Numbered from the stretch's first letter, positions 7,962 to 20,970 are shown. The stretch: DNA of 50,294 bases from Desulfobacteraceae bacterium (GCA_027061725.1 JAMOVG010000129.1:1-50294); one strand, 5' to 3'. Translations and numbers: made by a program. The notes: generated from the sequence alone by a model not told the origin.

Positions 7962-9134
7962 TCAGGGGTCTTTATGGAAAAGAGACATCTGAACGCTGGA
8001 GGCTTTTCGGGACCGGCGTCGTCGTTTGGAAGGCGGTTTGCGCATGGCCGCAGGGATGCTTCCCGGCAGGGGCGCATGCGGCGGCAGGTCTCTTTTTCGG
8101 GAATAGTCCACCTCGAATTCGTTTCGGCAGCCAGGGCGTACGGCGGTCAGCCCGTCGAACACTATCTGGCGCTCCTGGGCCGTGATCACCGGGAAGCCGT
8201 AGGGTTCGTTGACGTGCTTGATGAGTTTACCGGATTCTATTCTTTCCCGGCAGAACGCCAGGTGCGCCGTCAGCCGGCTGTCGATGTGGCGGTTGGCGAT
8301 ACCCACGATGGATTCTGCAGCCGCCTGGATGGCCCCGGACAGTCCGTGGTCGATTTCGAACCCTGCGCTGTTGCGTCCGTACGCCATGGCCGCCGCCATG
8401 GTGGTCCCGGTGCCCGCAAAGGGGTCCAGTACCAGGTCGCCCTTGACCGAGTACATCAGGATCAGGCGGATGGCCAGCTCGAAGGGAAAGGCGCCGCTGC
8501 GGGCGCGGGTTTTGCGGTCCCCGAGTTCCTGTCGCGACCCCTTGAGGTCGAACCACACGTCTGAGAACCAGTTGTTGCGCTCCTCCCAGAAGATGGCGCT
8601 TTCGCGCCGCCGCTGCTGGTCTGCGGCCCGCACGAACTCCCGTTTGCCCCCCTTTCGGAGGATCAGGATGTACTCGTGCTCCAGGGTGACGTAGGCCCCG
8701 GCCGGCAGCATGCCGGACCCCATGAACTTGTTGGGCGCGTTGGTCTGCTTGCGCCACAGGATGTCCGGCAGGACCGTGAATCCCCGTTGCTGCAGGCCCG
8801 TGAGGATGCGCACGTGGTTGGGGTACAGGGCGAAGTCGTCTTTGAGCGTACGCGTGGCGTCACCCACGTTGATGCACACAAACCCGCCTTTTTTGACCAC
8901 CCGCCACAGCTCCCGCCAGACCGTGTCCAGCATGGCGTGCATGCGCTCGAAGGCTTCGGCGCCCCTGCCGTGCCGCAGCAGTGCTTTCAGGGAACGGTCC
9001 TTTCGGCAGAAGGCCTCGTCCCACATTTTGATCATGGGGTACGGCGGCGAGGTAACCACCAGGTCGACGCTCTCATCGGCCAGCGGCTTCATGTCGGCCG
9101 CATCACGGAAATAGATTTTGTGACGTGAAATCAA
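7962..9134 (-). CDS. Site-specific DNA amino-methyltransferase (N4-C/N6-A, beta class), orphan
   Basis: Motif IV VVTSPPY precedes motif I VLDPFAGTGTT. Start probably TTG at 9134; the longer ORF overlaps ahcY. Confidence 0.88.
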   Translation of the reverse strand: MISRHKIYFRDAADMKPLADESVDLVVTSPPYPMIKMWDEAFCRKDRSLKALLRHGRGAEAFERMHAMLDTVWRELWRVVKKGGFVCINVGDATRTLKDDFALYPNHVRILTGLQQRGFTVLPDILWRKQTNAPNKFMGSGMLPAGAYVTLEHEYILILRKGGKREFVRAADQQRRRESAIFWEERNNWFSDVWFDLKGSRQELGDRKTRARSGAFPFELAIRLILMYSVKGDLVLDPFAGTGTTMAAAMAYGRNSAGFEIDHGLSGAIQAAAESIVGIANRHIDSRLTAHLAFCRERIESGKLIKHVNEPYGFPVITAQERQIVFDGLTAVRPGCRNEFEVDYSRKRDLPPHAPLPGSIPAAMRKPPSKRRRRSRKASSVQMSLFHKDP

Positions 9135-9184
9135 TGGGAAATTTTTCTGCCGGCAGGCTCCGGAGGACGAAAGTAACCGGTGAA

Positions 9185-9274
9185 AAACAGCTGTCAGGTA
9201 TCCGCTTTTGAAAGAGGTACCCGGTGCCCGCCGAGAAAAGCGGACACCGGATACCTGAGAGCGGATAGCTGTTT
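9185..9274. repeat. Heptamer-based inverted repeat (GGTATCA/GCTGTCA family) after ahcY
   Basis: aaacagct/agctgttt (9185-9192/9267-9274) and tcaggtatccg/cggatacctga (9194-9204/9248-9258). Confidence 0.7.
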
Positions 9275-10729
<1,455 letters not shown>

Positions 10730-10840
10730 TCGCACACCTCTTTTATGCTGAATTTTGCAACGGAGCCACCCAAAGCGGGGGGGTCCGTTGACCGTAGCGT
10801 CCAGGCAGGCAACCCGCCGCAGAAGCCCCCCATACTATCC

Positions 10841-10876
10841 CTTGGCGCCTCTGTGCCTTTGCCCCTTTGCGCCTTG
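10841..10876 (-). repeat. 8-bp-period repeat downstream of metK
   Basis: The minus strand reads aaggcgca aaggggca aaggcaca gaggcgcc. Confidence 0.6.
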
Positions 10877-10882
10877 TCTTTG

Positions 10883-12055
10883 TTATTTAAGCCCCGCCCG
10901 TTCGCGGATTTCCGCGGCGCGGTCGGTTTTTTCCCAGGAGAACCCCGGTTCGTTGCGGCCGAAGTGGCCGTAGGCCGAGGTGCGGCGGTAGATGGGGCGC
11001 AGCAGGTTCAGCTGGGAAATGATGGCGGCCGGCCGCAGGTCGAACACATCCATTACGATGTCTTTCACGCGGTCCTTGGAGACGATGCCGGTTCCCATCA
11101 GGTCGATCATGATGGAGACCGGTTCGGGTACGCCGATGGCGTAGGCGATCTGGATTTCGCACTTTTTGGCCAGGCCGGCGGCCACGATGTTCTTGGCGAT
11201 GTAGCGGCCCATGTAGGAGGCGCTGCGGTCCACCTTGGAAGGGTCCTTGCCCGAAAAACAGCCGCCCCCGTGGCTGCCCTGGCCGCCGTAGGTGTCTACG
11301 ATGATCTTGCGACCCGTCAGGCCGCAGTCGCCCATGGGGCCGCCCACCACGAAGCGGCCGGTGGGGTTGATGAAGTAGCGTGTGTCGCCGTCGACCATCT
11401 TTTTGGGGATTACCTTCTTGATGACCTCCTCGATGATCGCTTCACGCAATTCCTCGTAGGTGACGTCCGGCTTGTGCTGGGTGGAGACCACCACGGCGTC
11501 CACGCGCCGCGGGCTGCCGTTTTCATACTCGATGGTGACCTGGGACTTGCCGTCGGGGCGCAGGAAATCCAGGGACCCGTTCTTGCGCACCTTGGCCAGG
11601 CGGCGGCACAGCTTGTGGGCGTAGGTGATGGGCATGGGCATCAGTTCGGGGGTCTCGTCGGTGGCGAAACCGAACATGAGGCCCTGGTCGCCGGCGCCCT
11701 GCTCCTTGAAAAGTCCCTCGCCCTCGTTAACCCCGATGGCGATGTCCGGGGACTGGTGGTCGATGCTGGTGATTACCGAGCAGGTCTGGTAATCGAAGCC
11801 CATCTGCGAGGAGCAGTAGCCGATTTCCTGGATGGTGTCGCGCACGATCTGGGGCATGTCTACGTAGCAGTCCGTGGTGATTTCCCCGGCGATAAATGCC
11901 AAGCCGGTGGTCACCAGGGTTTCGCAGGCCACGCGGCACTTGGTGTCCTGTGCCATGATGGCGTCCAGGATAGCGTCTGAAATGGCATCGGCCACCTTGT
12001 CAGGGTGCCCCTCGGTAACCGATTCCGAGGTAAAGAAGTAGTGTTCCTTGTTCAT
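10883..12055 (-). CDS. metK: S-adenosylmethionine synthetase
   Basis: [19 protein letters not shown] and GGGCFSGKD motifs. ATG 12055 follows GGAGG (alternative start 12067). Confidence 0.98.
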   Translation of the reverse strand: MNKEHYFFTSESVTEGHPDKVADAISDAILDAIMAQDTKCRVACETLVTTGLAFIAGEITTDCYVDMPQIVRDTIQEIGYCSSQMGFDYQTCSVITSIDHQSPDIAIGVNEGEGLFKEQGAGDQGLMFGFATDETPELMPMPITYAHKLCRRLAKVRKNGSLDFLRPDGKSQVTIEYENGSPRRVDAVVVSTQHKPDVTYEELREAIIEEVIKKVIPKKMVDGDTRYFINPTGRFVVGGPMGDCGLTGRKIIVDTYGGQGSHGGGCFSGKDPSKVDRSASYMGRYIAKNIVAAGLAKKCEIQIAYAIGVPEPVSIMIDLMGTGIVSKDRVKDIVMDVFDLRPAAIISQLNLLRPIYRRTSAYGHFGRNEPGFSWEKTDRAAEIRERAGLK

Positions 12056-12114
12056 GAATCCCTCCATGGGTGAAAGCGGCGAACATCAAACGCATTGCAA
12101 CTTATAAACTACTT

Positions 12115-12143
12115 AAAATAGGGCAATCCTGAGGGAGTGTCAA
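12115..12143 (-). promoter_or_regulatory. Putative sigma70 promoter for metK-ahcY
   Basis: Minus strand TTGACA-17 nt-TATTTT in an AT-rich intergenic region. Confidence 0.6.
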
Positions 12144-12330
12144 TGATTAATGAAGGTTGTCCGGTATCTGATATTAGGCCTCCGGGAAAGGTAAGTGGGT
12201 AATTTTAGGATGGCAGAAAGGCAAATTCCGGATGATATGCGGTCATTTGGCGCCTGCAACAAGCGGACGGCGGCCCCCAAAAGAGCGGACATCGCATACC
12301 TGACAGCCGGTGCCGTGTTTAATAATTCAT

Positions 12331-12359
12331 TTGCCTAAGAGGTCTGGATTTGTTAATAA
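12331..12359 (+). promoter_or_regulatory. Putative sigma70 promoter for the antiporter operon
   Basis: TTGCCT-17 nt-TAATAA with TG immediately upstream of the -10 element. Confidence 0.35.
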
Positions 12360-12432
12360 AAACAATTCAGTTTATCAGGCCGATTTACAATTTGCGGGAA
12401 AGACTGTGTGTGCCGATGAAGGGAGCTGGTTC

Positions 12433-13983
12433 ATGAGAATCTTCAAGTGTGCAGCGGTTGGACTGTTTGTCAGCATTCTGATTCTTTCTCTGGCGGGTGC
12501 GGCCGCGGCTTCCGGCACGGAAGCCGAAACTTCCCACCAGGGTGTAGCCATCACCCAGGAGCATGCCGGCGCCACGGGGGGAGAAGCGGCCTCCGGCCAC
12601 GCACCGGGGAAAGCCGCCGGCGGCCACGGCGCCGGGCACATCGACCTGGGACCCGTCCTGCCCCTGTGGAGTTGCATCCCCTTCGCCTGCATGCTGCTGT
12701 CCATTGCCCTGTTTCCGCTGGTGGCCCCCGAGTTCTGGCACCATCATTTCGGCAAGGTATCGGCCTTCTGGGCGGCGCTGATGGCCATTCCCTTCATGTT
12801 CGCCTACCGCGGAACCGCGGTCTACGAAATCATTCACATCATTCTGGCCGACTACGTTCCTTTCATCATCCTGCTGTGGTCGCTGTACACCGTTTCGGGC
12901 GGTATTCTGCTGCGCGGCTCCCTGCGCGGCACCCCAGTGGTCAACGTCATCATGCTGGTCATCGGCACCGTGCTGGCCTCGTGGATGGGCACCACCGGGG
13001 CCGCCATGCTGATGATCCGGCCCTTTCTGCGGGCCAACAGCTACCGCAAGAACCGCACCTTCATGGTGGTCTTTTTCATCTTCCTGATCGCCAACGTGGG
13101 CGGCTCGCTGACACCCCTGGGAGACCCGCCGCTCTTTCTGGGTTTCCTGCACGGCGTGAGCTTCTTCTGGACCTTCAAGATCCTGCCGCACATGCTGCTC
13201 GTCTCCGGCCTCCTGCTGCTGGTGTACTTCCTGCTCGACAGCTACCACTACCGCAGGGAGAACATCACGGCGCCCGATGACGGGGTAAAGGAGCCGCTGC
13301 GGCTGGACGGCACCTACAACTTTATTTTCCTGGCGGGCATCGTGGGGGCGGTGCTCATGAGCGGCATCGTGGACTGGGGCCACATCAACACCTTCGGCGT
13401 GCACCGTGCCGTGCAGGACTGGGTGCGCGACGGGTTGCTGGTCCTGATGGGCATTCTCTCCATGATTTTCACGCCCATCACCCTGCGTGAAGACAACGAG
13501 TTCACCTGGTTTCCGATCATCGAAGTGGCCTACCTGTTCATCGGCATCTTTATCACAATGATCCCCTGCCTGCTGATCCTCAAGGCCGGTCCCGAGGGCC
13601 AGCTGGCCTTCCTGATCAACGCTGTCAAGCGGCCCTACCACTACTTCTGGGTGACCGGCGCACTTTCCAGTTTCCTGGACAACGCCCCCACCTACCTAAC
13701 GTTTTTCAACACGGCACTGGGCAGCTTCTTCGCCAATGTGCCCGAGGCCCAGGCCGTGCCGCTGCTGATGACGGAGAAGACGCTCTACCTGGAAGCCATT
13801 TCTGCCGGGGCGGTTTTCTTCGGGGCCGTCAGTTACATCGGCAACGCACCCAATTTCATGGTGCGGTCCATCGCCGAGGAGGCCGGTACGCCCATGCCGA
13901 GTTTTTTCGGGTATATCCTGAAGTATTCGCTGGTGTATCTGATCCCCTGTTTCATTATCGTTACCCTGGTGTTCTACATGTAA
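12433..13983 (+). CDS. IT-superfamily transporter (putative Na+/H+ antiporter, CitMHS_2-like)
   Basis: More than 10 TM helices; GTTGAAML, ANVGGSLTPLGDPPLFLG, LSSFLDNAPTY and YIGNAPNFMV motifs; N-terminal signal-like segment and His/Gly-rich linker. Confidence 0.85.
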   Translation: MRIFKCAAVGLFVSILILSLAGAAAASGTEAETSHQGVAITQEHAGATGGEAASGHAPGKAAGGHGAGHIDLGPVLPLWSCIPFACMLLSIALFPLVAPEFWHHHFGKVSAFWAALMAIPFMFAYRGTAVYEIIHIILADYVPFIILLWSLYTVSGGILLRGSLRGTPVVNVIMLVIGTVLASWMGTTGAAMLMIRPFLRANSYRKNRTFMVVFFIFLIANVGGSLTPLGDPPLFLGFLHGVSFFWTFKILPHMLLVSGLLLLVYFLLDSYHYRRENITAPDDGVKEPLRLDGTYNFIFLAGIVGAVLMSGIVDWGHINTFGVHRAVQDWVRDGLLVLMGILSMIFTPITLREDNEFTWFPIIEVAYLFIGIFITMIPCLLILKAGPEGQLAFLINAVKRPYHYFWVTGALSSFLDNAPTYLTFFNTALGSFFANVPEAQAVPLLMTEKTLYLEAISAGAVFFGAVSYIGNAPNFMVRSIAEEAGTPMPSFFGYILKYSLVYLIPCFIIVTLVFYM

Positions 13984-13996
13984 TAAGGAGCGGGTC

Positions 13997-14884
13997 ATGA
14001 AATTTAGAAAAATACTGCTGCATACGCGTTTCAGAGAAATGGCCTACAACTCCCTGAAGGCGGTCCTGGAATTGAAAAAGGCCGGGCTCGAGGAGATCGT
14101 GCTGACACACATTATTCCCACCGACGAGGTCGGTTTCGTGCCCTACGGCGGTTTTATGAAGGAAGAGGCCGAACGGCACCGCGAAAAGGCCCGCGCCCAG
14201 TTCGAGGACTGGCAGCCGGCCATCGAGGCGGCCGGCGTGCGCAGCAAGATCCGGGTGGAGGTGGGGGCTGTGGTGCCCAAGATTCTCGCTATAGCCGAGG
14301 AAGAGGACGTGCAGCTCATCGTGGCCGGGCGCAAGAAACGCACCCTGCTGGAGATGGTCTACGTGGGTTCGCATATTCTCGACCTGCTGCGCCGCAGTCC
14401 CCTGCCCGTGCTCATGGGCAAGTACATGGTGCAGTTTGAGGTGGACGGCGAGAAGATGACGCGCATCAACGACCACATTTTTGAGCGCCCCATGCTGGCC
14501 ACCGACTGGTCGGCGCCCTCGGAAAAGGCCCTCGACGCGCTGCTGGCGCTAAAAGGCGTAGCCAAAAAGGCCCTGGTCACCCACGTGCTCTGCGACAAGA
14601 TTACCAAGGGGTTGGATGCCGACGGCCTGAAAACCCTCGAAAAGGAGAGCCGCCAACGCCTGGATGCATACTGCCGCAAGCTGGAGGACGGTGGCCTGCC
14701 CGCCGAGTCGCACCTGTCTTTCGGACACGCGGCGCGGGAAATCATCAATATGGCGCGGGAATACAGCGCCAGCATGATCGTCATGGGGCGCACCGGCAAG
14801 GACTGGTTCGAGGAGTACTGGCTGGGCGGCGTTTCCCACAAGGTGGCCGAGTCTTCGGAACTGCCGGTCATGCTCATTCCGTGA
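13997..14884 (+). CDS. Tandem universal stress protein (2x USP)
   Basis: Two USP folds; ATDWS, IVMGRTG and WLGGVSHKVAE..LPVMLIP motifs. Confidence 0.9.
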   Translation: MKFRKILLHTRFREMAYNSLKAVLELKKAGLEEIVLTHIIPTDEVGFVPYGGFMKEEAERHREKARAQFEDWQPAIEAAGVRSKIRVEVGAVVPKILAIAEEEDVQLIVAGRKKRTLLEMVYVGSHILDLLRRSPLPVLMGKYMVQFEVDGEKMTRINDHIFERPMLATDWSAPSEKALDALLALKGVAKKALVTHVLCDKITKGLDADGLKTLEKESRQRLDAYCRKLEDGGLPAESHLSFGHAAREIINMAREYSASMIVMGRTGKDWFEEYWLGGVSHKVAESSELPVMLIP

Positions 14885-14927
14885 TAAGTTTGAAGTTTGA
14901 AGGGCAACATGTGAAGGGCATCAGCCA

Positions 14928-17900
14928 ATGCTAGAACTGCTCCAGGACACCAACATTGCCATCATCGGCGGCGGCCGTTTCTGCAGGGCTTTCCTGCAGT
15001 TTCTGATCGCCGAGGATCTGGGGTTCCGCCGGCCCACCATCCTGGGGGTGGCCGACCGTAACGAGCGGGCCGAGGGAGTGGTGTTCGCCCGCGAAAAGGG
15101 CATTTTCACCACCACCGACTACCAGGATCTGTTCCGCCTGCCGAACCTGGAAGTTCTCATCGAACTGACCAACAGCACCCGTCTGGCAGAGGTCATCCGT
15201 AAGGAGATGCCGGAGGGCGTACAGCTTATCGACCACATCGACATCCGTTCGGTGTGGAGTGTGCTCCAGATCCGCCGTGAGAAAGTGCGCACCATGCGCG
15301 ACATCACCGGCAGGAGAATCGCCCCGGACCTGCTCTACGAACACTTTGACCAGTTCGCCGACCGCATCGAGCAGATCGTGCTGGAGCGTACCCGTCGCTA
15401 CCAGGAAATCGAGCGCGAGTTCATCGAGAACCGGCGCGCCATCTCCCAGATCGTGGATGGCAGTACCATCCCGACTTTTGTGATCGACGCCAAGCACGTG
15501 GTGACCCACTGGAACAAGGCCTGCGAGCGGCTCACCGGCTATCCGGCCGAGAAGGTCGTGGGCACCGACGAGCCCTGGCGCGCCTTCCGATCCGGGCGCC
15601 GCCCGCTGATGGCCGACCTGATCCTCGACGGCGTGGGTGAGGAGGAAGTGCTGCGCTACTACGGCAAGAAATGGCGCAAGTCGGCGCTTATCGAAGGCGC
15701 TTACGAGGCTGAGGAGTACTTTCCGCTGCTGGGTGAAAAGGGTAAGTGGCTGTACTTCACGGCCGCACCGATTAAGGCCTCGGACGGCAAGATCATCGGG
15801 GCCATCGAAACCCTGTGGGACAAGACGGCTGAAAAAGAGGCCGAGGAGCAGCTCAATCGACACAACAAGATGCTGGCCGAGACGGCCCGCGAGCTGGCCA
15901 AGAGCGAAAAAACGCTGGCCCAGATCATTCAGGGCAGCACGGCGCCGACTTTCGTCATCGACAAGAACCACATCATTACCCACTGGAACCGGGCCCTGGA
16001 AAACCTGACGGGCTATCCCGCCGAGGAGATGATCGGCACCCGCAAGCAGTGGATGCCCTTCTGGGACCGGGAGCGCCCCTCCATGGCCGACGTTATCCTG
16101 GACCAGCTGGACGAGTCCAAAATACACGAGCTATACGGCGGCAAGTGGCGGCCGTCGCCCCTGATCGAGGGCGGCTACGAGGCCGAGGAATTTTTCCCCC
16201 GGCTGGGCAAGGACGGCAAGTGGTGCTTTTTCACGGCCGCGCCTATCAAGGGGCCCGACGGTTCCATCGTGGCAGCCATCGAGACGCTCTGGGACCGCAC
16301 CGAGCACAAGAAAGCCGAGCAGGAGCGCGAGCGCCACACCCGCGAGCTGGCGGCGCTCAACGCCATCTACACGGCCCTGAGCGTGTCCGACGACCTCAAC
16401 GAGCGCCTGGAGCGCGCCAGCAAGGAGATCAGCAGCTACCTCGACGCAGACGCCATCTGCCTGTTCACCATGGAATCCGACGGCCGCTACAGCCTGCGCT
16501 ACACTTACGGAAACGCCATGGAGGTGTGCGACAAGAACCGCATCGACCAGAGTGACAGCATGATCAGCCGAGTGGCCTCCAGCGGGAAAACCGCGCTGTT
16601 CGAGGACATCGGCTCACGGGCGCCCAAGGGCGTCGGCTACCTGGCGCGCCAAGGCCTGCGGTCGCTGGCCTACATCCCCATCAAAACCAAAGGCAAGAAG
16701 GTCTTCGGGGTGATCCGCGTGGGCAGCCGCAAGGCGCATCATTTCACCCACGAAGAGCGCAATGTGTTGGACCTGATCGGCAATCGCATCGGTGTGGCCA
16801 TCGAAAACTCCATGCTCAAGGAGCAGTACATCAAGAGCGAGGAGAAGTACCGCACGCTTTTCGACAGCGCCCCCAACCAGATCTTCATCCTCGACAGCAG
16901 CACCTGCCGCATTCTGGACATCAACCAGCGGGCCCAGGACCACTACGGATACTCGCGTGAGGAATTGCTGGGCATGCATTTTCTGGACCTGGGGGACAGG
17001 GAGGACGAGGAGCTCATCGAGGGCCTTGAGCAGGCCTGCCGCGGCAGCAAGTTCCTCTTTTTTACCAAGAAGCGCCACTACCGCAAGGACGGCACGCCCT
17101 TTTACGTTAACATCAACATCAGTTCGGCCAAATACGGCGACAACTACGTCATCAACGCCACCACTACCGACATTACCGAGAGCGTGGAGAAGGAGACCCA
17201 GCTGGTGCAGGCCAGCAAGATGACCACCCTGGGTACCATGGCGGCCGGCATGGCCCACGAGATCAACCAGCCGCTTAACGTCATCCAGGTGTGCGCCGAC
17301 TTCTTTCTCAAGATGATCAACAAGGGCGTGCGCATCAGCGACGAGGAGCTCAAGACGCTGGCCAGGGACATCAGCGACAACGTCCAGCGGGCCGCCGGCA
17401 TCATCAAGCACATGCGCGATTTTGCGCGGCAGTCCGAGGTGGTCACCACGCAGGTCAACATCAACGAACCAATCCGCGACGTGTTCAAGGTTTTGGGCCA
17501 CCAGCTCAAGGTGCACCAGATCGAGCTCAAGCTGGACCTGGATCCCGACATCCCGCCCATCCTGGCCGAGCACAACCGCCTGGAGCAGGTGTTCATCAAC
17601 CTGGTGACCAATGCCATCGACGCCATGGATGAAAAGGGTGCCCAAATGGGCGATGAACCCTGGGAGCGCATCCTGGAGATCCGCTCCTTCACCGAGGGGG
17701 ACCAGGTGGTGGTGACGGTCACCGATACCGGCACCGGCATGCCCCAGGAAATCATCGACAAGATCTTCGAGCCTTTTTTCACCACCAAGGAGGTGGGCAA
17801 GGGCACCGGTCTGGGCGTCAGCATCAGCTACGGCATTGTCAAGGACTACAACGGTACTATCGACATCAGGAGCGAACCCGGAGTGGGCACCACCTTCGAG

Positions 17901-17936
17901 CTTCGCTTTCCGGCACACAAACCGAAAGGCAGCTAA
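14928..17936 (+). CDS. Cytoplasmic sensor histidine kinase: Rossmann-like, PAS, PAS, GAF, PAS, HisKA, HATPase
   Basis: N-terminal IAIIGGG; two duplicated PAS/PAC repeats; GAF (SLAYIPI); H-box AHEINQPL; N box NLVTNAIDA; DTGTG; GTGLG. Confidence 0.92.
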   Translation: MLELLQDTNIAIIGGGRFCRAFLQFLIAEDLGFRRPTILGVADRNERAEGVVFAREKGIFTTTDYQDLFRLPNLEVLIELTNSTRLAEVIRKEMPEGVQLIDHIDIRSVWSVLQIRREKVRTMRDITGRRIAPDLLYEHFDQFADRIEQIVLERTRRYQEIEREFIENRRAISQIVDGSTIPTFVIDAKHVVTHWNKACERLTGYPAEKVVGTDEPWRAFRSGRRPLMADLILDGVGEEEVLRYYGKKWRKSALIEGAYEAEEYFPLLGEKGKWLYFTAAPIKASDGKIIGAIETLWDKTAEKEAEEQLNRHNKMLAETARELAKSEKTLAQIIQGSTAPTFVIDKNHIITHWNRALENLTGYPAEEMIGTRKQWMPFWDRERPSMADVILDQLDESKIHELYGGKWRPSPLIEGGYEAEEFFPRLGKDGKWCFFTAAPIKGPDGSIVAAIETLWDRTEHKKAEQERERHTRELAALNAIYTALSVSDDLNERLERASKEISSYLDADAICLFTMESDGRYSLRYTYGNAMEVCDKNRIDQSDSMISRVASSGKTALFEDIGSRAPKGVGYLARQGLRSLAYIPIKTKGKKVFGVIRVGSRKAHHFTHEERNVLDLIGNRIGVAIENSMLKEQYIKSEEKYRTLFDSAPNQIFILDSSTCRILDINQRAQDHYGYSREELLGMHFLDLGDREDEELIEGLEQACRGSKFLFFTKKRHYRKDGTPFYVNINISSAKYGDNYVINATTTDITESVEKETQLVQASKMTTLGTMAAGMAHEINQPLNVIQVCADFFLKMINKGVRISDEELKTLARDISDNVQRAAGIIKHMRDFARQSEVVTTQVNINEPIRDVFKVLGHQLKVHQIELKLDLDPDIPPILAEHNRLEQVFINLVTNAIDAMDEKGAQMGDEPWERILEIRSFTEGDQVVVTVTDTGTGMPQEIIDKIFEPFFTTKEVGKGTGLGVSISYGIVKDYNGTIDIRSEPGVGTTFELRFPAHKPKGS

Positions 17937-19462
17937 TGGCGCAAGAGAAGATCCTGTTGATCGACGACGAAGAGGTCAACGTCAGGGTACTCTCCATGTC
18001 CCTGCGGGCCGACGGCTACGAGGTGGTCACGGCCTACAGCGGCGAGGAGGGACTGGAGGTTTTTGACCGCGAGTCGCCCGACATTGTGCTCACCGACATC
18101 AAGATGCCCGGTATGGACGGCCTGGAGGTGCTGCGGCGCATCAAGCAACGGCGGCCCGAGGCCGAGGTGATCATCATCACCGGCCACGGCGACATCGAAT
18201 CGGCCATCGAGGCCCTGCAATACGGAGCCTCGGATTTCATCAACAAGCCCATCCGCGACGAGGCTCTGGCGATTTCCCTCAAGCGCGCCCGGGAAAAGCT
18301 CGACATCCGTCGTCAGCTCAAGGCCTACACCGAGGACCTGGAGAACATGGTGCGCATCGCCACCGAGGAGGTGCACCGCAAGTCCAACTTTCAGGCCAAG
18401 CTGATCCGTAGCTCCAACGACGGCATCGTGGCCACCGACGATGAGTGGAAGATCGTGATTTTCAACCCCGGCGCCGAGAAGATCTTTGGCTACAAGAAAC
18501 ACGAGGTGGTGCGCAAGTTCGACATCCACGACCTCTTACCGTCGGACGTGGTACGCATTTTCGAGGACGGCAACGGCGAACAGAAAGAGTCGGGCTGGAT
18601 GGAGACCACCGTGACCGCCAAGGGCGGCGAGGAGATTCCGGTGCGCTTTTCCGGGGCCGTATTGAAAGAAAAGGGCAAGATGATGGGCTCGGTGGCTTTT
18701 TTCCAGGACCTGCGCGAGATCAAGCGCCTGCAGCGCGAGCTGATCCACTCCGAGCGCCTGGCCGCGGTCGGGCAGACCGTGGCCGGTATGGCCCACTGCA
18801 TCAAGAACATCCTGCACGGGTTCAAAGGCGGCAGCTACCTGGTGGACATCGGCCTTGACAAAAATGACATGGACAAGCTAAAAACCGGGTGGAAAATGGT
18901 CCAGCGAAACATCGAACGGACCTCTGAACTGGTGCTGGATCTGCTTTCCTACTCCAAGGAAAGGGAGCCCGAGTTCCAGATATGCTCACCCAACGAAATT
19001 GCCGCCGACGTGTGTGACCTGCTCAGGGAGACGGCCACGGAGAACAAGGTGGAACTGGACACCGAGCTGGACCCGTCTATCGGCATGGTGTCCATGGATG
19101 GAAAATCCGTGCACCGCGCCCTGATGAACCTGGTGTCCAACGGCATCGACGCCTGCATCATGGACGAGGACCTTACCAAGCGCCACCGCGTCACCGTGAC
19201 CACCGCCCGGGAGGGAGACGATGTGGTCCGTTTCCAGGTTACGGACAACGGCTGCGGCATGACCGACGAAGTCAAGTCCAAACTCTTCACCTCTTTTTTC
19301 AGCACCAAGGGCGCCAAGGGGACCGGTTTGGGTCTGCTGGTGACGCGCAAGCTGATCGAGGAGCACAAGGGCACCATCGAGGTGGACTCGGAGCCGGGGC
19401 AAGGAACGACTTTCACCATTCGGCTGCCGGTGGGGAAGACAGAAGAGGCACAAAACGGGTGA
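17936..19462 (+). CDS. Hybrid REC-PAS-histidine kinase
   Basis: ILLIDDE..TDIKMPG..KP receiver domain; H-box AHCIKN; DNGCG; GTGLG. Overlaps the upstream stop (TAATG). Confidence 0.92.
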   Translation: MAQEKILLIDDEEVNVRVLSMSLRADGYEVVTAYSGEEGLEVFDRESPDIVLTDIKMPGMDGLEVLRRIKQRRPEAEVIIITGHGDIESAIEALQYGASDFINKPIRDEALAISLKRAREKLDIRRQLKAYTEDLENMVRIATEEVHRKSNFQAKLIRSSNDGIVATDDEWKIVIFNPGAEKIFGYKKHEVVRKFDIHDLLPSDVVRIFEDGNGEQKESGWMETTVTAKGGEEIPVRFSGAVLKEKGKMMGSVAFFQDLREIKRLQRELIHSERLAAVGQTVAGMAHCIKNILHGFKGGSYLVDIGLDKNDMDKLKTGWKMVQRNIERTSELVLDLLSYSKEREPEFQICSPNEIAADVCDLLRETATENKVELDTELDPSIGMVSMDGKSVHRALMNLVSNGIDACIMDEDLTKRHRVTVTTAREGDDVVRFQVTDNGCGMTDEVKSKLFTSFFSTKGAKGTGLGLLVTRKLIEEHKGTIEVDSEPGQGTTFTIRLPVGKTEEAQNG

Positions 19463-19552
19463 ACGTATCAGCGATCAGGTATCAGGGAAAAGGTATCGGC
19501 TTGAGATGATACGATTTTGAAGACCTAATAGCGCATAGTGGAGGATGGGAAT

Positions 19553-19945
19553 ATGGGGAAGAAAGTGCTCATCGTGGACGATGATCCGGATGTGAGACTG
19601 TTCAACGTGACGGTGGTGGAAGAGAACGGGTACACGCCCATCGAGGCGGCCAACGGCGAAGAGGGCCTGGAGAAGGTAAAGAAGGAAAAGCCGGACCTGG
19701 TGCTGCTGGACGTGCTGATGCCCAAGCAGAGCGGTATCCGCCTCTACCGCGAGCTTAAGACCAGCAAGGCCTTGAAAGACATCCCGGTGGTGATCCTGTC
19801 CGGCATCGCCAAGCGCACTTTTCTGCGTTCCCAGAAAGCCCTGACCGAGTTTGGCGGCGAGGAGGTGCCGGAGCCGGAAGTGTACCTGGAAAAGCCGGTG
19901 GAGCCCGAAGAGCTGGCCCAGACCATCAAGGGCATCCTGGGGTAA
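19553..19945 (+). CDS. Single-domain response regulator
   Basis: VLIVDDD, LLDVLMP and EKP motifs; GGAGG RBS. Confidence 0.92.
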   Translation: MGKKVLIVDDDPDVRLFNVTVVEENGYTPIEAANGEEGLEKVKKEKPDLVLLDVLMPKQSGIRLYRELKTSKALKDIPVVILSGIAKRTFLRSQKALTEFGGEEVPEPEVYLEKPVEPEELAQTIKGILG

Positions 19946-20085
19946 AACCGGGTGCACGGCGAATCCATGCATAGGCCCACTCGGACACCCATGGAAAAGA
20001 GCGACCTTGAATGTTTGGCAAGGCGCCCGGGGCTCGCAGGGATGCGTTCGTGTCTCAAATGTCAGGGGCCGCCAGGGGGGAAAGT

Positions 20086-20970
20086 ATGAAGACGGAGATC
20101 CGGAAACTGTTGTTTGTGACCAAGTTTGAGGAACTGTGGTTTGACGCCCTCCAGTCCCTGCTGGATCAGCGTAAGCTGCCGCTTTCCCACGTGGTTTTTC
20201 TAAACGTGATTGAGCGCGAGAAGGTCGCCCTGCACCGAGGCGCCGGCTACCAGAAGGAAGAGGAGATCAAGCTGCGCGAAAAGGCCAACATCCGCTTCAT
20301 TGACTGGGCCGAGCACCTCTTCGAACAGGGACTGGAGTGCGGCGTGTACATCGTGGTGGGCAGCCTGGTCCAGCACGTGGTCGACACGGCCAGGAAGGAA
20401 GACGTCGACCTGATCGTGATCGGACGCCAGAAGAAGGGCAAACTGGAGCTCTTCTATTCCAGTTCCGACATCATCGAGATTATCCGGCGGGTGGAGGTGC
20501 CCGTGCTGGTATACAAGTACATGAACCAGGACATCAAGGCGGTCGAGTCCCCCCTGAGACGGCCCCTGCTGGCCACGGACTGGTCGCCGTCCAGCTGGCG
20601 GGCGGTGGAATACCTGAAAAACCTCAAGGATGCCATCGAGCAGGTTAACGTTGTGCACGTGGCCAGCGAGAAGAGCCTCAAGGGGTCGTCGGCCATGGCG
20701 GTGCAGAAAATCCGCAAGGAGACCCGGCAACGGCTGGAGGAAATCTGCGATGTGTTCGAGGAGGCCGGCATCGACGCCCGGCCCCACGTTTACGTGGGCA
20801 ATCCCGTGGCCGAGATCGAAAAGGCCGCCCGGGACTGCCAGTCGACCCTGATCGTGGTCGGAACGTCCGGAAAGAGCGCCTGGACCGAACGGTGGATCGG
20901 CAGCGTGCCCAAAGATCTGGCCGAGAAGTCGGTGTTCCCCACCCTGCTGGTGCCGCCGGAAAAAAAGTGA
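20086..20970 (+). CDS. Tandem universal stress protein (2x USP)
   Basis: Paralog of 13997-14884; LLATDWS, IVVGTSG and WIGSV motifs. Confidence 0.9.
   Translation: MKTEIRKLLFVTKFEELWFDALQSLLDQRKLPLSHVVFLNVIEREKVALHRGAGYQKEEEIKLREKANIRFIDWAEHLFEQGLECGVYIVVGSLVQHVVDTARKEDVDLIVIGRQKKGKLELFYSSSDIIEIIRRVEVPVLVYKYMNQDIKAVESPLRRPLLATDWSPSSWRAVEYLKNLKDAIEQVNVVHVASEKSLKGSSAMAVQKIRKETRQRLEEICDVFEEAGIDARPHVYVGNPVAEIEKAARDCQSTLIVVGTSGKSAWTERWIGSVPKDLAEKSVFPTLLVPPEKK

Noticed and set aside
10736-10882. SAH or SAM riboswitch upstream of ahcY
   Set aside because: A hairpin is present (caacgga.../...tccgttg on the minus strand), but I could not find the GAGGAGCG/CAGGC core of SAH riboswitches or the AUC..GAG core of SAM-I. 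An Rfam scan would settle it.
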